Shown piece after piece: positions 15,296-22,407 of a stretch of DNA of 27,834 nt. This DNA comes from a virus (Duplodnaviria; Caudoviricetes). Location: positions 1 through 27,834 of IMG/VR virus record IMGVR_UViG_3300017784_007158. One strand, written 5' to 3'. A program made the position numbers and the translations under genes. Position 1 is the stretch's first letter. Every line of letters starts with the position of its first letter. Under the pieces are notes generated by a model, which was given only the letters and a program-made list of their open reading frames with translations, made no database searches and was not told where the DNA came from.

Positions 15296-15841
15296 TTAAG
15301 ACATGCAGCCACAATCGGTCCCACTATTTAATGAAGAATCACCACTGGGTACAATTGTTATAGTAAGTTTCTTTAAGAAATTTGGTTGTTTGGTAACAGT
15401 AACTGATAAGGCTAACGAATGTCCTAATTTTTCTTTAATTCCATCACCTTGACTAAAACCTGTTACATTTACATCATCGTAAGGATTCTGTCCATACACA
15501 CCAAGCTGAGGACTACCATATTGAACTAACTCAAATGTGTTTAGTCCGTCTTGTAATGCAGCCTTATATCCAAAATCAAAACCAAAGTGATTTAACTTTT
15601 GCTTGATTACTGCCATTACTCCATCTGGATCAATGTATTCTCTTGATGAGAAGCCATAAAGCATAGCATTGATTGCATCAATTGAGTGTGGGAGCTTTAA
15701 GTTAAATGTACCCTTATCAGTTAAAGCTGATTGACCCAATTTACCTTGAGGATCACCAATATAAAGACCACCACCAAAGGTATGTTCTGGTGCGTTTTCT
15801 TGTAATACGTTAATTTTGGTTAATAATTGTTTAAATTTCAT
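15296..15841 (-). CDS. Late protein with capsid-targeting-like leader (181 aa)
   Basis: MKFKQLL..VLQE|N; ACTAAATA box at 15854-15861. Confidence 0.75.
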   Translation of the reverse strand: MKFKQLLTKINVLQENAPEHTFGGGLYIGDPQGKLGQSALTDKGTFNLKLPHSIDAINAMLYGFSSREYIDPDGVMAVIKQKLNHFGFDFGYKAALQDGLNTFELVQYGSPQLGVYGQNPYDDVNVTGFSQGDGIKEKLGHSLALSVTVTKQPNFLKKLTITIVPSGDSSLNSGTDCGCMS

Positions 15842-15856
15842 TGGTGTTCTTTATAT

Positions 15857-16744
15857 TTAGTTATGAATTATTTTCTTATTCATTAACCCATACAAATTGG
15901 GATCATACGGTTTTGAAAGCAAGGAATTAAGTGTATTAGCAGAAATAGCTTTAGTTACAGTTTTTACTTTATTATCTGGTAAAACCTCTGTGCCCTCTTT
16001 CAACATATCAGATACGGATTTGGTACTCCAAGTCCTACAAGCCCAGTAGCGTGCCTTCCAGCGCGGTCCAGGGGTATCACATCTGTGTCTTGCACGGAAA
16101 TTGCGACGGCGAGCTGGATTATCTCGTTTAATTTCCATGTTTGGGTCACCAAAATTAACTTTAACTACATTACCTCTGTCATTCTTTACAAAAACCTTAT
16201 ACTTTTTAACATCACCAGACATAATTTTATTCAATTTTACTTTTTTGTTTCCTTCTTCATATATTTCAATTTTTTCATTATATTCATTATATGAAGTATT
16301 TTCAATATTATCTACAAAACCCATTATAGTATTAGATTCAAAAATTTCAGTACTTTCACAATTATTATTAACAAAAGTTACATGATAAAGTCCATTAGAC
16401 TCTTCGATATAATCTACTTCTAACATTTGACCCGATTCATTGATAATTACATCACATGGAAGCAATTCGTTTGCTTCAATTGTATCAAAATTCATTGTAA
16501 ATACGTTAGAAGCACCTTCTACTGAAAACACATTATAAGATTCTTTAATTTCAGAAACACCAGTTTTTACAAATACAGGCTTCTTGCCTTTACTCTCTGT
16601 GTTTTCTTTTTTACTTTTCTTATCAGCATTACGCTTTTTAATAGAACTAGAATTATTCTTGGCAGCTTTCTTAGCTAACCATTTACCAAGTCCTGTTTCA
16701 GCAAAAATTTTTTCAAGTAAAATGTTAACATTTTTAGAATTCAT
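15857..16744 (-). CDS. Modular protein with C-terminal basic KVNFGDPNM..RRRNFRARHRC..KARYWAC domain (295 aa)
   Basis: Basic module recalled as widespread in phages, bounded by IYEE and MLKE; acidic central module. Confidence 0.8.
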   Translation of the reverse strand: MNSKNVNILLEKIFAETGLGKWLAKKAAKNNSSSIKKRNADKKSKKENTESKGKKPVFVKTGVSEIKESYNVFSVEGASNVFTMNFDTIEANELLPCDVIINESGQMLEVDYIEESNGLYHVTFVNNNCESTEIFESNTIMGFVDNIENTSYNEYNEKIEIYEEGNKKVKLNKIMSGDVKKYKVFVKNDRGNVVKVNFGDPNMEIKRDNPARRRNFRARHRCDTPGPRWKARYWACRTWSTKSVSDMLKEGTEVLPDNKVKTVTKAISANTLNSLLSKPYDPNLYGLMNKKIIHN

Positions 16745-16746
16745 AA

Positions 16747-19119
16747 TCAGTTCCTGTTTTGGGTTTCACCTTTATGATGACCATTGTCGGCTCGGTTTTC
16801 TGAACGGTCTCTAACACGTAAATTCTTTACACTGTTAGAACCACCATTACGAATAGCATTTTTATGATCAATATCCTTTTTAGATCCTTTTTTTACAACA
16901 CCCTTTTTGATCATAAGTTCACGTGCCGCAGTTCTTGATGCACGTTCTTTTTTCTGCTTTGGTTTACCGTGATAATTCTTATATTCTTTTTTATAATTTC
17001 TAATATACTTTTCTTCTAAATTATCAGAAATAATATCTTCAAACAAAGGAATAAGATATTCTGTATTTTCAATTGTATATGAGTAAATTTTATTTAAAAT
17101 TGGAATTAAACATCCAGCGCGTAGATCATCTTCTGCTAAAAGAAGAGGACCATAATGTTCAATAATATTTCTTTCCGTGTCAGAAATAATACTAACCTTA
17201 TTCAATTTAGATAATAAAAAATTATTTGTTAAAGATTCAACAAGCATTTCATTAATCACAAAATAATTTTCACCTAATAATTTATCAGTAACTGTTTCAG
17301 TTTTATTTACTGGAATCTTAATTGTCTTTTTTCCAATAGTAATATAATTGTATTCTACAGAATTAAGATCTTCTGGTTTAAATCCAGGTAACAGACTAGC
17401 ATTAATATCAAAAGATAAATTATCTATTGAATTTTTTACAATTATTGCTAATGGGTCAATACTTTTTCTATCTTGAAAAAGTTTATTGAGAGCGGATTTG
17501 TCTTCTGTTGCTTCAATAACTGTTCGCCATTTTTGTAAATTTTGAATACTGGATTTTTTATATGTAGATATATTAGAAGTATCTAATGCTTGCTCATTCT
17601 GTTTAACAGTAATAGAAGCAGTATTAGCAATCTCCCCCATATAATCATCAGACATTGGAAATACACCATTTGTTGTTATTATATGATTAGGTGCATTTTT
17701 AGGATCAACTAAACCATCTCCACGTAAAGATGATTTTAATATATTCTTAGTTAAAGAAACTAAAAATGAGTTCTTTTTTCCACCTTTAAACAATTCACTA
17801 CCAGATTTTTTAATTGAAGATTCGTATGCTGAAACAGAAACTGCTGGATTTATATTTCCAGCTTTATCTATTGCAAAACCTAAGCTTTGTCCTGATGGAG
17901 AAAAAATTTCATATGATTGAAATTTAGCTACCAGATCCGGATTACTTAAAATCATTTGAATTGATTGATCTGGTAACAATTGTGGTGAAAACTTTTCACC
18001 TGATGCTTCTACATCTGTTAAAAGTTTCTTTACATATGGATCTGATTTTGCTATTTCTGGATCCATTATTGTTTTGGTCAATGCATTACCAATAATACCT
18101 CTAACAATTTTTCCACTTTGGTTTAGTGAATTTGTACTCATGGTAAATTCACCACCAGCAGAAATTTTAAATTTATATTCACCACATTGTAATTCTGGAA
18201 CACCATCAGAATACATACTAGAATTACCAGATTCAATACTTGATAATAGATTCTGAATACATTCGTCACCAATTTGTGATAAAATTTTATTTGCTTGTAA
18301 AAAAGCAGTCTTTGTAAAATCTAAAGAATTAGCTGATCCAGAAAATAATGAATTAAGTTCTTGTTCGCTTGCTCCAGCTTTTAATTTGGCAGCAAAAATT
18401 AAAGCATTTATTACTTGTTGATTATATGGTAAATTTGAGGTAGTATTAATACCAAATTGATTGGTAAGTGCTTCAAATGTAATATTATCAAACTCTTGAG
18501 ACTTTTTAGGAGCTCTAATACTCTTAAAGTATTCTTGTTGTAACTCTAATGGCATAGATGCCATTTGATTGGTATCCATACCCTGCATGGCTTGTAAAAT
18601 CTCTTGTTTAGATAGACGTTTAGCTTTCTGTGGTTGAGCTTCAGCGGTTTCTTGCTCACCTTCTTTTGCTTTTGGTTTATCACCAGTTTTTTCAGCTGTT
18701 TTTGGTGTCTTTTCTTCTTTATCTTCTTGTTTCTTTAATTCACCAAATAGTAATTTAGAAGCACGAGTCTGTTCAAATTTTGGATCATTTGTAAAACTCT
18801 TTGCTTCATCTTCCGTTAATGTATCTCCTTTATTTAATTTTACATGGGTTTCTTTATTAAAAGAATCTTTAAAAATTAATTGGATTCTACCAGAAGCAGT
18901 TTTTACAGCAATAACTTCTTTTACTAATTCCCCTTTAGATTTTCTATCTCTTGGGATTTGTTTTGATCTTTCAACTCTTTTACGAGCTGCATCCTTTGAT
19001 TTATTAGTAGATGCGTTACCAGTAGCCTTTTCTTTAGCAACAGCTTCCCCCGTAGTCCTAAAGGAGTCGGAGGCAGTGCGGGAGGCTTCGGTTAACTTTA
19101 AAAGATCTTTGAAGTTCAT
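16747..19119 (-). CDS. Large late protein (790 aa) with targeting-like leader and C-terminal HNH module
   Basis: GATAAATA 7 nt upstream; MNFKDLLKLTE|A; C-terminal RNYKKEY..DIDHKN..GGSN..NLRV..N. Confidence 0.8.
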   Translation of the reverse strand: MNFKDLLKLTEASRTASDSFRTTGEAVAKEKATGNASTNKSKDAARKRVERSKQIPRDRKSKGELVKEVIAVKTASGRIQLIFKDSFNKETHVKLNKGDTLTEDEAKSFTNDPKFEQTRASKLLFGELKKQEDKEEKTPKTAEKTGDKPKAKEGEQETAEAQPQKAKRLSKQEILQAMQGMDTNQMASMPLELQQEYFKSIRAPKKSQEFDNITFEALTNQFGINTTSNLPYNQQVINALIFAAKLKAGASEQELNSLFSGSANSLDFTKTAFLQANKILSQIGDECIQNLLSSIESGNSSMYSDGVPELQCGEYKFKISAGGEFTMSTNSLNQSGKIVRGIIGNALTKTIMDPEIAKSDPYVKKLLTDVEASGEKFSPQLLPDQSIQMILSNPDLVAKFQSYEIFSPSGQSLGFAIDKAGNINPAVSVSAYESSIKKSGSELFKGGKKNSFLVSLTKNILKSSLRGDGLVDPKNAPNHIITTNGVFPMSDDYMGEIANTASITVKQNEQALDTSNISTYKKSSIQNLQKWRTVIEATEDKSALNKLFQDRKSIDPLAIIVKNSIDNLSFDINASLLPGFKPEDLNSVEYNYITIGKKTIKIPVNKTETVTDKLLGENYFVINEMLVESLTNNFLLSKLNKVSIISDTERNIIEHYGPLLLAEDDLRAGCLIPILNKIYSYTIENTEYLIPLFEDIISDNLEEKYIRNYKKEYKNYHGKPKQKKERASRTAARELMIKKGVVKKGSKKDIDHKNAIRNGGSNSVKNLRVRDRSENRADNGHHKGETQNRN

Positions 19120-19125
19120 CTATCT

Positions 19126-19728
19126 TTATTTATCACTATTAAAATCCCCTTTATTACTGAAAGGATTGTAAAGTATTAAATTTTTATGGCTTTTAGCTCT
19201 ACCATTACTGACACGGTAGAGGGCCTTTGAACTTAAATTGTTGTTTTTAGCAAATTCTCTAACATTATCTACAACAATTAGCTGTTTTGTATTCATATCC
19301 TGGAACACAACCTGCTTAGTGATTGCTATCTTTTGTGGTAGGGCTTTTTTAACTTTAAAATGGGCACCCTCGGTTGCTTTAGTCGCACGTACTTCTACTG
19401 CTGTCCAACCCTTATAGGTTTTACGAGTTCCATTTAAAAGCTCACATATTTTTCCAGATGTCATTCCTTGGGCTTTAGCAAATTCTGCCATGTTAGTAAA
19501 GAATGTTTTTTCACCAGTATCGGCTCGTTTTAACCAATATCCATTTTTTTCATCTTCTGGTGGAATCCATTGCCATGATCTACCATTTTGTTTAAAAAAT
19601 CCACCATGTTGTGCAATAAATGCGTTTCTTTGATTTGCTGCTTTGGAATTATCATTCATCTTAATCCAAAGTTTACTCCCACGAGTATTGACTATTTGTT
19701 CTAACGATTTTATTTCATGATATTCCAT
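19126..19728 (-). CDS. Protein with two NUMOD1/IENR1-like HTH DNA-binding repeats
   Basis: NMAEFAKAQGMTSGKICELLNGTRKTYKGW and NVREFAKNNNLSSKALYRVSNGRAKSHKN. Confidence 0.7.
   Translation of the reverse strand: MEYHEIKSLEQIVNTRGSKLWIKMNDNSKAANQRNAFIAQHGGFFKQNGRSWQWIPPEDEKNGYWLKRADTGEKTFFTNMAEFAKAQGMTSGKICELLNGTRKTYKGWTAVEVRATKATEGAHFKVKKALPQKIAITKQVVFQDMNTKQLIVVDNVREFAKNNNLSSKALYRVSNGRAKSHKNLILYNPFSNKGDFNSDK
19127..19134 (-). promoter_or_regulatory. T4-type late promoter
   Basis: GATAAATA-AAGATAG-ATG. Confidence 0.7.
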
Positions 19729-20368
19729 GATTATTATTATAACTCACTATTACATTTTTTAATTTCTTGACATATTTTATAGGTTTATTTTGAAATACTT
19801 GTGTTAAACCATCTTCACATGAAATAAGAATGGCAAAGTTTTCTACAATAATTCCAGTTCTTTCCTGAAACATTAATGCATATGCTGTTGCTTGTGTAAA
19901 ATAACTTTCAACGTCTTGTTTTCTTTTTTCTTTACTACTGGCTTTAAAATCTATAATTGAAAGTTTACCATCGTATTCAGCAATACAATCTGTTCTTCCT
20001 GCAAGACCCAATGTCTTAGACCACAGTGGTGTTTCAATAGCAACTATATTTTGGATTTTGTCAAGTTCTGGTTTGATTTGATTAAACAGAACTTTAAAAT
20101 TTGGAAGCATATTATCAAAGTCAATTTCTTCGTTATTTAAATAACTTTCAATTATACTATGTAATTTGGTTCCTCTAGCAAGAACTCTTCTGCTTTCTTC
20201 TGGATTTTTTCTTCTCCATTCAGCAAAAAAGTTTTGTTTATCCCAGCCTACTACTGAAGTAACACTTGGGAAAATGCCACCTGGAGTTTCATAAAAGCGT
20301 TTACCATCAACGGTAACTTCTTTTAATTTATTGTCAATTTCTATTGGTTTATGTAAAAAGTTATTCAT
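19715..20368 (-). CDS. PD-(D/E)XK-family phage exonuclease (start moved to ATG 20368)
   Basis: PSVTSV, GTKLH, IETPLWS, AGRTDCI, IIDFKAS, QATAYA motifs. Confidence 0.9.
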   Translation of the reverse strand: MNNFLHKPIEIDNKLKEVTVDGKRFYETPGGIFPSVTSVVGWDKQNFFAEWRRKNPEESRRVLARGTKLHSIIESYLNNEEIDFDNMLPNFKVLFNQIKPELDKIQNIVAIETPLWSKTLGLAGRTDCIAEYDGKLSIIDFKASSKEKRKQDVESYFTQATAYALMFQERTGIIVENFAILISCEDGLTQVFQNKPIKYVKKLKNVIVSYNNNHGIS

Positions 20369-20385
20369 GAATACACATTCTGATA

Positions 20386-20413
20386 AGTATAACACACGTT
20401 ATATAAATTACAA
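20386..20413 (-). promoter_or_regulatory. Sigma70-type promoter with extended -10
   Basis: Minus strand TTGTAA-N16-TATACT with TGn. Confidence 0.6.
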
Positions 20414-20419
20414 ATTTTA

Positions 20420-22405
20420 TTATCTAAGTCTAATAGTACGGGCTGTCTGATATAAATTTTGAAGCATGGCACTAATATCACCACCCTTCATTCTTAGAGA
20501 ATCATCACTATCATAAGAACCTTTACCAGAACCATTACCACCCATTGGTGGAAATGGTAATATTGGAGTTTCACCTGGTTTACCTGGTATTTTTTCTGGA
20601 ATTTTTACATCTATTTTGTTTGGTGGGGGAAGTAAACCTCCTCCTCCTGGAGGTGTAACAAATGTAGAACTTGTAGTTTTTGTTTGACCTTGAGTTTGGT
20701 TTTGACCTTGATTTTGGTTTTGACCTTGAGTTTGTGTTCCTGCTTGACTTTGTTTACCTTGTGGTATTTGTGAAGATACGTTTACAGATTTAGAAGGACT
20801 TGACTGACTAGTAGCTTGAGATTGCATACCAGAGGTTCGTGTGTTTGTACTGGTTTGTGTTTGAGCTCTTGGTGAACTATTTGATGAAGCTACAGAAGGT
20901 TGCTGAGATCTTACTGGAGGAGTAACTGCTCTACCACCACCACCACCACCGCTACTTGATGAACTTTGTGTTGTTCTAGGTGTTGAAGGTGAGCTTGAAG
21001 GAACCCCAGTTTCTACAGAAACCATTGCAGAATTTGGTGCAAAAACATCTACGTTTTTAGATGGAATACCAGCACTATTAGCTGCAAGAATAGCTGCCAT
21101 ACTAGCTACAGCACCCCGTTTTCCTGGACTCATTTGGTCTACTCGTGCAGAAGTTGATGATCCACTATTAGATGGTAACGGTGTAGTAGGATCATAAATC
21201 GATGGCTCTTGGATTGATGTATCCCAAACAGATCTTTGATCAGGAATTGTAGGATCTATAGGTTCAAGATAATCACCAGTATCTAATTGAAAACGTTGTG
21301 GTTTTCTTCTAATAATTCTGGTCCTAAAATCAGGAATTAATTCTTTAATACCAGTGTTTAAATTTCCTGGTATATCTCTTAGCGTAGATGCAGCACTAGA
21401 TGCAGCACTAGATGCAGCACTAGACGCTTTGGCATATACTGCTTTTCCTGCTGCTGGTGCTAATCCAGCCGTTTTACTACCAACTGCAAAAGGGCCAACA
21501 CCACCAGCAATTTGTCCAAAATACCGTGGAAGTTGATTATTTTGGTTTGCATCAATAGCACCAGCTGCTAATAATCCAGCACCACCTAGATTTACCGCAT
21601 ATTGTCCTGCAGCAGAACCAATCGCTTCAGCACCTCTTGCTCTTCCAATGCTTCCCGGAACCCATTTTACAAGAGATGCGGCAGCTGCAGGTACAAAGGG
21701 TGCAAGTTTTGGAGCAATTAATTTTCCTCCAAATTGAGCTGCCATACCTGCACCTTTAAATACTGCACCACCAGCTGCAGCCATAGCTAAGCCTTCTGGT
21801 GTGGTTAAACTATCTTGAGCACCACGTAAGAAACCATAAAGTGCTGCATGATTATCATCTATTCCACCCCATTTATCCATTGTAATTGGAAGTTTAGAAT
21901 ATTCATTTCCAGTTTTTTCATCTTTTACAGATACATTCAATTCTAATGGATTTGTTATATCTCCAGCTAGACTTTCATATTCATCTCTTGTCAATATTTG
22001 AGCAAGTTCTGGTTTCTTTGCTAAAGCTTTCTTTAAGATTTCAGTTTCATCAACTTTTATAGGGTCAGCTATACCATTAGCAATAAGTTTTTGACGATCA
22101 TCAAAAGCTTCTTTACGAGCATCGACTAATGCTTTAGCAAATATTGATCTTGCTTTATCATATGCAACTGGATCTTTTTTAGCAAATGGAACTTCAGCCT
22201 GTGCCATACCCGCAACACCTGGAACATATTCATAAGCGGCATCAGCATACATGTTTAACAAATCTTCAGGTCTAGGACCCTTTGCTTTACGCAACTTATT
22301 ATAAGAAAAACTATCGTTCCCACCATCATCGAGAGCTTCATTCAAAATATTTTGTTGATATCTTTGTTCTAAAAAATATTTTATAATAAAATGTTTTTTA
22401 CTCAT
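20420..22405 (-). CDS. Large Gly/Ala-hydrophobic and Ser/Gln/Thr low-complexity protein (661 aa); candidate ejection protein
   Basis: KYFLE and ILNE|A leader; Gly/Ala-rich hydrophobic core; disordered tail. Confidence 0.75.
   Translation of the reverse strand: MSKKHFIIKYFLEQRYQQNILNEALDDGGNDSFSYNKLRKAKGPRPEDLLNMYADAAYEYVPGVAGMAQAEVPFAKKDPVAYDKARSIFAKALVDARKEAFDDRQKLIANGIADPIKVDETEILKKALAKKPELAQILTRDEYESLAGDITNPLELNVSVKDEKTGNEYSKLPITMDKWGGIDDNHAALYGFLRGAQDSLTTPEGLAMAAAGGAVFKGAGMAAQFGGKLIAPKLAPFVPAAAASLVKWVPGSIGRARGAEAIGSAAGQYAVNLGGAGLLAAGAIDANQNNQLPRYFGQIAGGVGPFAVGSKTAGLAPAAGKAVYAKASSAASSAASSAASTLRDIPGNLNTGIKELIPDFRTRIIRRKPQRFQLDTGDYLEPIDPTIPDQRSVWDTSIQEPSIYDPTTPLPSNSGSSTSARVDQMSPGKRGAVASMAAILAANSAGIPSKNVDVFAPNSAMVSVETGVPSSSPSTPRTTQSSSSSGGGGGGRAVTPPVRSQQPSVASSNSSPRAQTQTSTNTRTSGMQSQATSQSSPSKSVNVSSQIPQGKQSQAGTQTQGQNQNQGQNQTQGQTKTTSSTFVTPPGGGGLLPPPNKIDVKIPEKIPGKPGETPILPFPPMGGNGSGKGSYDSDDSLRMKGGDISAMLQNLYQTARTIRLR
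20683..20736. repeat. 18-bp tandem repeat x3 coding Q-rich QxQGQx units
   Basis: tttgaccttgagtttggt / tttgaccttgattttggt / tttgaccttgagtttgtg. Confidence 0.8.
21385..21420. repeat. Perfect 12-bp tandem repeat x3 (TAGATGCAGCAC) coding Ser/Ala units
   Basis: Read directly from sequence. Confidence 0.9.
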
Positions 22406-22407
22406 TA

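Noticed and set aside
16380-16490. Intein/Hint domain within 15857..16744
   Set aside because: Only a short A.EL..D.I..G..V pattern; no N-terminal Cys/Ser block or C-terminal HN motif.
19715-20368. Cas4 / CRISPR-associated nuclease
   Set aside because: No four-Cys Fe-S pattern, no array or other cas genes; fits an ordinary phage PD-(D/E)XK exonuclease.
20683-21420. Tandem repeats as a CRISPR array
   Set aside because: 12- and 18-bp units are adjacent, in frame within a CDS and have no spacers.
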